Notes: generated by a model from the sequence alone, not told the origin. A DNA stretch of 62,974 nucleotides, filler included, from 14 parts of 14 records of this genome joined end to end with filler, not necessarily neighbours in it; one strand, 5' to 3'; numbered from the whole stretch's first letter, positions 11,700-23,395 are shown. Program-made: numbers and translations.

Positions 11700-14600
11700 G
11701 GGGGTGGTTTGCATGTCGTCCAGCCCAGGAGGGGCGCGGTTAGACGTAAGCGATGTCAGAGAAATCATCGAGGTCGGGGATGCTCTACACAAGGCACCAT
11801 GTAGGTGAGGAAAAAAGAATCCGACAAGAAAACAGAACACATTGTTACGAGATGCGAGCGATGAATCAAGTTTACCACACGGAGTAGCGGTTCACAAGCT
11901 TTTAGCTGCGGTACCTTCGCTTGGGCACAGGTGAGTGCATCCGTGTCACCGCGGCTGAGTTGGGTTTACTAACACGGCGGAACGGGGAGGCTGCACGGAA
12001 TGACGAGCCATCGCTTGGCCTATGCGCGTGGAAGCACACAATGAGTGAAGGTGAACAGAGGAAAAAAACTGGATTCTTGAGTACTTGAAAGTAGCACTAC
12101 CAAACAGCATGTGCCACAAACAACACGAGCACAACTGGTATTTAAAACGTACACGAAGTTTTCCTGCGGGCCGCCGTCCTGTGCAAGGCCCACGCCAGCG
12201 CCCACCAACTCACGTTGATCTGCCGCGTAGGCTCGGTCCCCTGGTTTGGTGGACGTAGAGGGGTTTACATGGGAACGAGGGGTGTCGGAGGCGGTGATGG
12301 GCTGTCGTTTGTGCGATGCAAACCTACACGCTCGGATGTCAGAAAGCAACAGAAAGATGGGAAAGGGAGAAGAAGGAACAAATAAAGTTGAGTCGTCATT
12401 ACGAAGATGTATGCAACGAGAAAGAAGCAATATTGGAGGCACATGGTACCGTCGTGGTTTGTGCAGGAAGGCACTGCACTGTGTGCACTGTTTCTGATAC
12501 TTGCTGCATTCCGAGCAGTAGACGCTGGCCGGATTGTGTGAGTTGTCCTCACGCCAGCATCGGTCACAATCCTCCTGCGTACACACATGAGCCGTGATCC
12601 AGTGAACAGTGAATAAAATCAGACTGCACTCCGTACATATGTTGCTTCCAAAGGAACCATGTACTTCGTCACAACATACCGTCACCACGTGTCGTGTCCC
12701 TGAGGCTGATTCTGTGGTGTCCCAGCCTGCTCGAGCGTCCTTTCGTACCATACTTTGTGTGACACGTTGAACTACACACACAGCAACAACATCAAGCCCA
12801 CTGAGTGAGACGGCACAGAAAATACTTGATCATCTGGTAGCAAAAAGCCGTGCTGCTCAACACACATAATAGAACTATAACACATGCAACAACGCACCGG
12901 CAGATCGCAGTGTTCCCATGCTGTCGGAGGCTTTAGTGAGCTGCTTAACACGTTCACTGTGAGCACATCTGGCGCACACATATTCGTTGTCGTTCGTATC
13001 ACCGAGAAGCGACGCCAGGGAGACAAGAGGTTGAGAGGAGCGTTTGTTACAGAGACCGCAGCGCTCGGGAATCTACACAGAGACATCACTCTGAGTTAAT
13101 TGGTGCAGGAGACGTACAAACGTCATACATAGTTTTACAACACCATGAATATACGACTGCGAAGTAGTAACAGTGGTTGATAAGATCATAGCTGGAGGCG
13201 AGTACATACCGACACGGATGGTGTGTTCAGTTCATCATCGTCTTCTTCTTCGTTGAAATCTTCATTGGCTGACAGTGTCAACTCAGCAGAGTGCATAGCT
13301 GCATATGCCGCCCGCTTGAATCGATAGCGCATCACGCACACCACCAAGATGAATCCGAGCACGGTCAATATCAGTACGGGCAAGCCGACCGCGAGCCAGT
13401 AGTTCTACACAGTGTGAAGAAACGCAATTGTTAGACAGTCATTAAGCATCTCTTTTACCAACAGGGATCAGCCAACACACACACACACACAAACAAACAT
13501 AAACACACACACATACACAAATGGTTGGCCAATACCACCGTATGAACGTCACATGGAGAACGTACTGTCTCGAAACGGTCAAACACTTCCGCATCCACAG
13601 TCGTAACAGCGCTCACAAACTGCCCTGCGCTGCGTGCCACAGCTTTCACCACCGTCGTCGAGTTGAGCACAATAGGCCCCACATATCGACAGGGTAACGC
13701 AGTGGTGCAGGGCGCTGAGAGGGGCAGACTGGTGGTCGACGCTGGGAACAGAGGTAGATGGGATGTGCCCAGTGTGTAGAGAATAGTGTCACCGGCGCTG
13801 CTGCTCTGTAGTGTGACGGTGGTACGGCCCACGTCGTAGGTGGTGGTGATAGTGGGTGCGGTAGCTCGCTACAATAACGTGAGTTAGGGAGAAATGATGC
13901 GGGGAGGCATAGCAGCATAGCACAGAGCAACGCAGCTTGTTCTGAAGGTGAGACAGGAAGGAGAGACTGCGCGACGTACCGGTTGTATAACGAATCGCAT
14001 AATTTGAACAGAGCTGGGGACATGACCCGTTTCCACAGCCCGCACATAGACTGTAACATCTGACAGGCCGAATGATGACAGCGGTATTGTGGGGCTTGTC
14101 ACCGTTACGTAATCTGCACATTGTCCATGAATATACAAGCTGCGCACAACGCGCGTTGCCATTCATTCTGATCAACTACATGAATAACAACAACGCGTAC
14201 CTGAATCCTGGACCACTGTGTTGTTGGGTTTGTATGCAACCTGAATGCGTGAGTTCGCTGTCCCTGTTAGGTGCAGCGGTATGTGGGAGTCACGGCCCGC
14301 GAGATAAAAGGAACCGCTCACAGAAATGAATTGCTGTTGCTGTGATCCATCTACCACCACCAACGCAAAAGCGTGAGCGAATAAAATGCATCTGATCACC
14401 TGCAGCTACGAGCGATAGGTACGCTGGAAAACATGTACTTCTGCTACAGACTACAGACGTACCACCTCGCGAAGCGAAGGCAGCTATGTTGATTACGACA
14501 GTGGACACCGCAGGCAGGGCAACATTGTACACGGCTGTCGTCTCCGGGCCCGCGAAGGAACCGGCCTTGAAGCAGCGCACTACACAGCAATACGATAAGA

Positions 14601-17600
14601 GCGTGATAATGCAAAAAAAGATGTTCTGATATACGCTCCGAGAAAACCGGATATTACCCTACGTCAACCACTGCCCGAGCCATAATTCAGCACAACATAT
14701 GGGTTTGAGAAGGCACCGCTTTACACGAGTGTCAAGTTTGTAACAACGTATAGACACATACCTCTGAGGACGGTTGTAGTGAGCAGCACAATATTGCCAC
14801 CCGCCACAGCAGTTGAGTATTGTGTGACGTTGCTGTTGTCTGTCGTGTAGCGCATGGTGATGTTCGGGTACAAATCAATGGGTGCAACGCGCACAGTCAA
14901 CGGAGACGCATATCTGCGCAGATACGAAGTGAGTTATTACGAGGGATTCGTCATCAAAAGGTCATGTTTTGCTATTTACCCTTCCCCGCGCAGTTTTCAC
15001 GACAATTACAGAATGAAGCAAGATGCACTGTAAACAAGTCTATATAATATGTATGCACATACGATTGATTTCTCGGTGGGCTCATGGTGACGCCTGCAAG
15101 CGTAACTCGCACAGAGTAGTATCGCTGAGCCTCGGATGAGGGCGGTCTGTCTGCACCAGTAGCTATCGCACGAACTACACTCGTGAACATAGAGAGGGAA
15201 AATTAGGACAGCGACACGAAAAAAGTACAGGCAAACAGGGACACGCGCACTAGAAAACGATTCGATAAACTCCATACAAACGAATGACCTTGACTCGTAC
15301 CAAGGAACGAGCTACTCGTGGCGTTTAATGTCACTGGCGATGTGTAAACTGTGCCTTGCATTGGGTCAGAGCCATCAGTGGTGTATCTGAGACATCAAAG
15401 TAGTCGTAAGCTCCCTCGTTGCAACTTGGGCAAACAATTTACCAAGCCACTCATAGCAACACATTCAGGACCAACCTCAAACACTCTCACGGGAGACAAC
15501 CATACCGAATAACAACGGCACCACTGAGCAGGTCTGCGGAAGACACGCTCACGTTGAACGTGACAGAATCCGCATAAATACCGTCCACAGGATACACAAC
15601 AGGTGTACCCACTCGCACGGGGGAGCTGTACAGAAGACAGCGACCATCCGGTGCGCGAGACAGTCTACTCACACCACGAAAGAATGAGCACACGATTCGT
15701 ATAAAGAGAGAGAGAGAGAGTCAAACCATAACCTGTACAACACATTGCATACAAATTACACAGTACGTATCGTACCCGGGCAGGCATCCGCATGATGAAT
15801 ATCGTGTGCGCGGTGGTGTGCTGACTGTGCTGTTGGGAGGACATGAGGCGCATGCCACAGCGGACGCTGACTGCGTGTAGGACCGATCATCCATGATAGC
15901 CGCAGGGGCTTGTGCCGTGGGTTGTCCACTTGCCTAATGCACATATCATAGTTAGAATCAAGGGTACTCTATACAATGGATCAACTACCAGAACCCGGTA
16001 CTCGTGGGTATTACGCTGATCAAAGCAGTATCGGATACGTAAACCAGAACCGGTATAGACCAATACCGGTGCGTATCCTTAGGTACGCACCTGTGTCAGG
16101 GAGTAATTTGACACGGCCAGCGCTCCAAGCTCCGTCACACTAAGAGATCCATTGGCAACGGGTACATTGCCTACATAGACACTGATGCGCGACACGCCCC
16201 GAGATGACAGAAACTGCGCGTTGTAGTTGAAGATTGCAATGGATGAGATGTGTGTGGAGCGCCCTAGATCTAGTGTGACGCGAAAACGACCACTCTGTGC
16301 ACTAGCAAACTGGAGTGCCGACTATCGGTCAAGGAGATAACACTACGAACACGCAATTCACTGACTTGCATTCACAGTCGGGACAAACAATAACCGAGTG
16401 ACGATAACGAGCAATATGGGACACATGAATAGAAACGCGGAATGCTGAAAGGATATGATTAGGGTTGTTGCTGGTGGTGTCGCCATCAAACAATCGCTCA
16501 CAGGAAGTTTGCGCGGTGCTGCTCCCATCCGAAGTACAGTTCACAATGGGCACCCTACAGCACACACAAACATTAACAGGCGCGAATCATCTATCGCAAT
16601 AACACACATAAACTTGGACGGAGCGAATAGAGCGCCATCTGCGCGTAGGTAATGGTGTGCGTACAGTGACAGCAGGTTGTCATACACTTGCACCTCCAGA
16701 AGTCCTGTGGGCTGACTCGCACACGAGAAACAGTCGTTCGGGTGGACTAGCAGCGTGAGATAGCGCCCCTGCCACACCTACGTTCGCAAGACCACGTTCA
16801 GAGTTAGCGCGCCATCATCTAACACGACCAAAGTAGAAATTTCGTGTGACAGTAAAATATAGAGCTGGGTTGATATCATATCGCGTAAGAGCAAAAGAAT
16901 AGAACCATTGACCGACTGTGACAGATGAGCAGGGTAAGTTGCGTACCTGAAACTGGTTCCAGCTACATTCACACGTGCAGTCATCGGTTCTCTTCATGCC
17001 TGCTGGGCAAGGGGCAACGAACAGGCCTCGGCCCGCACAAAACTCTGCACGAACGATATGATGAGAGCGATGCAACTCACTGGTTGTAACTATTCAAGTA
17101 TCCATCTGAAACTCACTCATCTGAAACTAACTCATTTCTGCGGTTCTTCGTACCTGTTGAGGACGTCGCTGCAATACACGTGCAATTTGTTGACGCTCGC
17201 TGAAATCCCGGTGCACATTGGGGTACGCAGGTTCCTAGATGCACCAAAATGACTTGTGAGTTAGTTTAACGGTCCTGTGGTTCCGGGAACTTGTGACGAA
17301 GCGGACAGGGAACCCAAAAGATCATACCGTTGCACATCTCATCGAGTACGCCGTCGCACGCGTTCTGCACTGTATAACTTGTCTGATAGTAACCAAGCAA
17401 GCTGCTTGTAATGGCGGTGGGGTACATACGCACTTCATCCACGGACGCGACCAGAAACGAGTTGTAATTGGTATCCTGCAGCAAATTATTCATAAAGGCC
17501 AGAGCACGCATGAAGCCATTGAAACATATATCGTGCACCGAGATTATCCCGCCATTGTATGGAGTGTACGGAAACGTACGTTTCGGCCACCCACGTAGAC

Positions 17601-18145
17601 CAATTCTAGCGATCCCGCGTATGTGATAGTGCCCATATACACAGCTTGACCTGTGACACAGACACGTGCGCGGGGTGAGTCCGCAAGAAAAGAAACCACA
17701 CACGCAAAGATTACAGTCAACCCAAGCCCATATGTCCCAGAGATCACACACGCAAAAGCGTACCTGTCAGCTGACCATCCACCCAGAACTGCGTGACTCC
17801 GCTAGTCACCGTCACAGCAATGTGGTGCCACAGTGTGAGGTCCAGTGAAACGGGACTAGAGTACACGGTCCCTATGGAGCCTCGTGTGAATTGAACCGTG
17901 AGTGTGGTGTACGTGGTGACGATGCCCAGCGACCAGAATGGATGCCTGTGCACAGAAATCAAGGTGAGTTCACACTGTATCACTGAACAAGCACTTCTCC
18001 GTTGTGTTAATATCAGGCACCTATGATGCACGTACACGCCGATGATGGTAGCGTTTTGCGAAGTTGGACCTGCTCTGACCCATGCCTCCGCGGCAAAGTT
18101 CGACTGAGGCTGCAGCAGACGGCTGTCGGTTACGTTGGCAGAAAA
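11700..18145 (-). CDS. Large multi-exon single-pass membrane protein: LamG-like, Cys-rich, discoidin-like and Fn3-associated ectodomain, TM, cytoplasmic zinc fingers; partial at both ends
   Basis: Exons encode WHHIAVT..FWVDG/DEVRMY, LFDGD..LDLG..IFNYN..RG, RYTTDGSDP..YTSPV, TM LAVGLPVLILTVLGFILVVCVM-RYRFKR, CGLC..CARC and a B-box. Phases checked from TM to B-box; some ectodomain junctions (13400-14800) unresolved. Confidence 0.65.
16315..16456 (-). other. U12-type AT-AC intron, 142 nt
   Basis: Canonical 5' ATATCCTTT, branch TCCTTGAC (16335-16328), 3' CAC 14 nt after the branch A; restores frame NNPN-L-QFASAQ. Confidence 0.92.
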
Positions 18146-18245
18146 NNNNNNNNNNNNNNNNNNNNNNNNNNNNNNNNNNNNNNNNNNNNTTAATTAATTA
18201 ANNNNNNNNNNNNNNNNNNNNNNNNNNNNNNNNNNNNNNNNNNNN

Positions 18246-18351
18246 TGCATCGAGGCGGCAACTGAGTGAACTCCCATGAGCATAGATAACTATGTGAATG
18301 GGATGAGCGAAGGCAGTCAACGAAGAGGCAGCGTGAAGGATAAAGTGTATA
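18246..18351 (+). repeat. ERIC/IRU element (5'-truncated) overlapping the nudB start
   Basis: Resembles the ERIC consensus (GGCGGCAA.TGAGTGAA..CCC..GAGC...GGG.TGAGCGAA.GCAG.CAACG...GTATA). Confidence 0.78.
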
Positions 18352-18785
18352 AGCGTCCCGTTTCGATCTTAGTGGTCATCTACGCACAAGATACGAAACG
18401 GGTGCTGATGTTGCAGCGGCGTGACGATCCCGATTTCTGGCAGTCGGTAACCGGCAGCGTGGAAGAGGGTGAAACCGCGCCGCAAGCTGCCATGCGCGAA
18501 GTAAAGGAAGAGGTCACCATTGATGTTGTCGCTGAACAACTGACCTTAATTGACTGTCAGCGCACGGTAGAGTTTGAAATTTTTTCACATTTACGTCATC
18601 GCTATGCGCCGGGCGTGACGCGTAATACGGAATCATGGTTCTGTCTTGCGCTTCCGCACGAGCGGCAGATCGTTTTCACTGAACATCTGGCTTACAAGTG
18701 GCTTGATGCGCCTGCTGCGGCGGCGCTCACTAAGTCCTGGAGCAACCGGCAGGCGATTGAACAGTTTGTAATTAACGCTGCCTGA
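18333..18785 (+). CDS. nudB: Dihydroneopterin triphosphate diphosphatase
   Basis: Nudix box [23 protein letters not shown] start gives 150 aa. Confidence 0.95.
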
Positions 18786-18813
18786 ACAGGCAGGGCTATC
18801 TGGAGATATTTTT

Positions 18814-19554
18814 ATGGCAGGTCATAGTAAATGGGCCAACACCAGACATCGTAAAGCTGCGCAGGATGCTAAGCGCGGTAAAATCTTCACTAAAATCATT
18901 CGTGAGCTGGTAACCGCGGCTAAGCTGGGCGGTGGCGATCCGGACGCTAACCCGCGTCTGCGTGCGGCGGTGGATAAAGCACTGTCTAACAACATGACCC
19001 GTGACACACTGAACCGCGCAATTGCACGTGGTGTGGGCGGTGATGATGATGCAAACATGGAAACCATCATCTACGAAGGTTACGGTCCTGGCGGCACGGC
19101 AATCATGATTGAATGTCTGTCTGACAACCGCAACCGTACCGTTGCTGAAGTGCGTCATGCATTTAGCAAATGTGGCGGTAACCTCGGTACTGATGGTTCC
19201 GTTGCCTATCTGTTCAGCAAAAAAGGCGTGATCTCCTTCGAGAAAGGCGATGAAGACACCATCATGGAAGCAGCACTGGAAGCAGGTGCTGAAGACGTTG
19301 TGACCTATGATGACGGCGCGATTGATGTCTACACTGCATGGGAAGAAATGGGTAAAGTGCGCGACGCTCTGGAAGCGGCAGGTCTGAAAGCAGACAGCGC
19401 GGAAGTTTCCATGATCCCGTCTACCAAAGCTGATATGGATGCAGAAACCGCACCGAAACTGATGCGTCTGATCGATATGCTGGAAGATTGCGACGACGTG
19501 CAGGAAGTTTACCATAACGGTGAAATCTCTGATGAGGTCGCAGCGACTCTCTGA
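18814..19554 (+). CDS. yebC: YebC/PmpR-family protein
   Basis: [17 protein letters not shown]. Confidence 0.97.
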
Positions 19555-19588
19555 TGAGGCCTGCTAAACAGCAAAACGGAGACGCGTG

Positions 19589-20110
19589 ATGGCTATTATT
19601 CTCGGCATTGATCCGGGTTCGCGCGTGACCGGCTACGGCGTCATCCGCCAGGTAGGTAGGCAACTGTCCTACCTGGGTAGCGGATGCATCCGCACCAAAG
19701 TGGATGATTTACCGTCTCGTCTGAAACTCATCTATGCGGGCGTGACGGAAATCATCACCCAGTTCCAGCCTGATTATTTCGCCATTGAACAAGTCTTTAT
19801 GGCAAAGAACGCTGACTCAGCCCTGAAACTGGGCCAGGCGCGCGGCGTGGCGATTGTGGCGGCGGTGAATCAGGAGTTGCCAGTATTTGAATACGCGGCA
19901 CGTCAGGTAAAGCAAACGGTGGTAGGTATTGGCAGTGCCGAAAAAAGCCAGGTGCAGCATATGGTCCGCACCTTGCTGAAACTGCCCGCTAATCCACAGG
20001 CGGATGCCGCCGATGCGCTGGCGATTGCTATCACCCACTGCCACGTTAGTCAGAATGCGATGCAGATGAGCGAATCGCGGCTGAACCTGGCGAGAGGGCG
20101 ACTGCGTTAA
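19589..20110 (+). CDS. ruvC: Holliday junction resolvase
   Basis: [23 protein letters not shown]. Confidence 0.98.
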
Positions 20111-20111
20111 G

Positions 20112-20714
20112 TTATACCGCCTCGGTCAGTTCCGGCTGAGGCGTTTCCACTCCCTCCGCATGAATCAACACCAAACCCGGATGATGCCACAAACTGGCTG
20201 GCGTGACGGTTTTACGCTCCCACGGAATAGAACCCAGGAACCAGAATTTCCAGAAAGTGAGTTTTGCATTCGGATTGCTATTTAACAATTCTCCAAACGT
20301 CTCTATTTCACCCACCGGAATACATAGCGCTTCTTTATAAATATCAAAAACAAATTTTGAACAGAACTGGCGCGAAGATTCGTATTTAAAACCGGTGTGG
20401 TAAAGTTTGCGTAGCCGGGAGGGAACCTGTTCAACAATTCGTTGTTTTTGTCGTTCTGTCAGCCCAGCGTCTAATCGCTTTATAGCATAGCGTTGATTAG
20501 ACGAACGTTTAATAAAACGAGATAGCGTGGTGATGGTTGAAAGGGGAACCCGGCTTTCTGCAACCAGGAAGTCTTCACCGTTATGACCGATAATGATCCC
20601 GACGTGATTACTCCAGCAATTTGATGCAGCTGATATTTGACCAAATAAGGCAGCACCTATACATGTAAAGACGATATCTCCAATTTCATATTCAGCAGGG
20701 TAATTAATATTCAC
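20112..20714 (-). CDS. yebB: Permuted papain-like NlpC/P60 protein YebB
   Basis: SNHVGII, QFCSKFV; convergent with ruvC. Confidence 0.9.
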
Positions 20715-20864
20715 GTTGTCATTCCATTGAAATAGATACAAATATACGTAATAGCATAAAAATTNNNNNNNNNNNNNNNNNNNNNNNNNNNNNNNNNNNN
20801 NNNNNNNNTTAATTAATTAANNNNNNNNNNNNNNNNNNNNNNNNNNNNNNNNNNNNNNNNNNNN

Positions 20865-21350
20865 CTGATGCGCATCCACGAAGTTCACCAGCGAGATGTT
20901 GTAGCGGGGGGCAGCCTCGCCGTCCGGTTGTGCGCGGGTCATACGCGTGAGTGCGTCGTTGCAGCGGTGCATGAAGGCGTATGGCGGGTCTTCCCATGAG
21001 TACGCAAACAGCCGAACGCCCAGGTACAGATAGGTCAGACCCGGATCACCGAACAAGATGCGTTGAACGGTGGTGATACTGAAGCGGCCATCTCGTTCTG
21101 TGATATTCTGTTGCATGAGTCCATTGCGCTGCAACGCTTCCAGTGACGACTCAATTTGCTCCACTGACTCGATGGATAGCCCATGCTGAGAATCGTCTGA
21201 GTGTGGCAGCAAAGGAATATGACGGAACAGAGGATAGTGTTTCCGCTGAACAGATTCAAAAGTAGGAGACGACGGTCGATGAAATGGTGCAGGGGTCTCA
21301 TTCAGCTGCTGCCATAACCGCTTTTTCTTAATGCGGGCGGATGACATCAT
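20865..21350 (-). CDS. FTO: FTO-like AlkB-family RNA demethylase, N-terminal part (truncated by the contig end)
   Basis: KKKRLWQQL..PF.RP...F..HYP, RILFGDPGLTYLYLGVRLFAYSW and YNISLVNFVD align with recalled human FTO ([42 protein letters not shown]). Confidence 0.85.
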
Positions 21351-21938
21351 TCACGAGTAATTTTCCTCGATACGAAATGCTACACCGGAGAAGCAACCTG
21401 TAAAATTACGAGTCGCGCAAGGAACACGAAACGCCACCCCCCATGTTGGCTAGCATCGAAACGTCGAGCGATTTAGCACTGTCGTGTATCGATAGTTGAT
21501 GTACAGTGGGGAGCGACTTATAGGGACCAGGAACACGTGGCCCATAACGCATAGCGTTCCACAGCTGTGATACACATATATTCCCATGACTCGCCCGACA
21601 ACCATACATACTCCACGATGAATATACAGGCAGCAAATCCATAGGGAACGTCCCACACCCCTCCCATACAACAAACCAACAGGCTACTGCAACAACCCTA
21701 ACGCACAAAGAAGACAGGCCAGTGCTAGGGAACAGCGCCCCCATAATGTTACTGGACGCAACCTTCTCGAAGGCATCATCCACGTTCCGCTGCCAATATT
21801 CGCCACTCGTCCTTCTGGGAGTGCACAACGGGAAGATACCCAACGTACACTCACAACGCAACGCACAAGCTGCTTTCAGGAAACATATATCGAGAGCCAT
21901 GATATGTGCAACAGGGACATGGACTCGCACACAAGCCA

Positions 21939-23395
21939 TCACTCCTCTGCAGTAACAGCTGTGCGCTTTGCCGCACGCTCCGGCTCCTCCACCGACACCG
22001 CCTCCTTCTCCCTGCCACCACCATCAAGACCGGAATCACCACCACCACCATTGCCATCCTCAACAGTGGGTGCTGCACGAGCCACACGATCCTCCTTACT
22101 ATGGTTCACCGCCGTCCGTAGCGTCCGCACCGACTCACTGACAAACTCCTCTAGACCGGCACCCAACGCGTGCGGCCGTTGATCACCTTCGTCGCGTGCC
22201 CGTTTGCGCGCCATCTGCGCATCATAATAGCGCTGCCGATCCTCCGTCAACACAGGTTTCGATTCCTGGAACGCGCGCAGGAGAGCCGATACACGCTCGT
22301 CGGTTGGGGCCCAGCGTTGAAGTCCGGCGTCGTTTTGCAGGAAGAACACTGCTGTGTGAAAGGTCGCGGGCAGGTACCCATCGCCCGTGTTCCGGTGCTG
22401 GTCCCCGGTGCGGTATGCGTGATCGCTCTGCGGAACAACAAAGAAGCGGCGCAGGAACGCGGACTCACGCATGAGAGGCCACGCTGGTGTATCCGTCCAG
22501 CTGGGGATGAAAACGGCAAAGGACAGGGCCTGCTGACTTTCGGAAAGCAGCGTGATCATATGCTGTGCCATTCGCAGCATCACCGCCTCTACAAAGGGAG
22601 GGTTGACCTCGAAGGAGCCCGAGCAAGGCCGGAACCGGAAGAACGAGCCCAAGCTGCCGAACGGTGCGTCCGTGTCTGCGAACGCGCTGCAGAACGTGCC
22701 GTAGCAGCAGTTCAGCGGGGATGCGAAGCACTCGAGACGAACATGAAACTGAGCCGTAAGCTCCGCAAACACACGCGGGGGCAGGGCAGCCTGGTACCCC
22801 ACGCCACCCAGCGAGTCGTACCGTGCCAAGAGACAGAACAGCGCACTCGCAAACCCTTCTGTCGAGTGAGGCTGCACGCGGCGGTAGCAGACAAACAGTT
22901 TCTCGTGATGCTCGCGACGGATACTGTACTTGAGGTCACGGAATTCAACCTCGAAGCCCCGGTCTCCTACGTCCCGTAACGACACGGACGCGACGGAAGG
23001 GGAATCATCCACAGAGTTGCGATCACTCGCAAGGCGAACACAGGCATCGCTTAGTGTTTTTCACGATGTCCCCCCGCGTACTTGGGATGCATGCCTGCTT
23101 TGCTTAACTCAGCGAGGACCTCGTGAAATACAGGCCGCGATGGGATCAGCGGGTCACCAACCCCAGCCTCGAGCGACGCAAGATGCCATCGCTGAAAAGC
23201 TTGTGGAGGTTCGCGCCGCACTCCAGCCTCACGCACCGCTTCAGAAAACACTCTCCGCAGTTCCCGGACCGCTTTCGTTCGACGCACTTCCAAGTCCGGT
23301 GTACAAAGTGAGAATGACGCATCCGCAATTTGTGATGTTTTCGTCAGTTGCTCACGAAGATAGCTTACGGTGCGTAACCATATATTCTCAGTCAT
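21939..23395 (-). CDS. PCIF1: PCIF1/CAPAM-like cap-specific adenosine N6-methyltransferase; frameshift at homopolymers ~23057-23075
   Basis: EPPQAFQRW..DPLIPS, LLARYD, QAALP, ECFASPLN, FCSAFADTDAPFGSLGSFF, GSFEVNPPF (catalytic NPPF), LSFAVFIPSW, HAYRTGDQH, FFLQNDAG. Confidence 0.9.

Noticed and set aside
14640-14660. ATATCCGG on the minus strand as a third U12 donor
   Set aside because: No CCTTRAC branch site or AC acceptor downstream; the intron ends in TGTAG.
17100-17135. 15-bp tandem duplication and CA/GA microsatellites as a CRISPR-like array
   Set aside because: Two copies only, no spacers, intronic in a eukaryotic gene.
21939-21975. PCIF1 C-terminus KRTAVTAEE resembles the human FTO N-terminus MKRTPTAEE, hinting at a fusion
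   Set aside because: Short low-complexity match followed by TGA, no good splice donor, and another in-frame TGA directly before the FTO ATG; likely coincidence unless cDNA shows otherwise.
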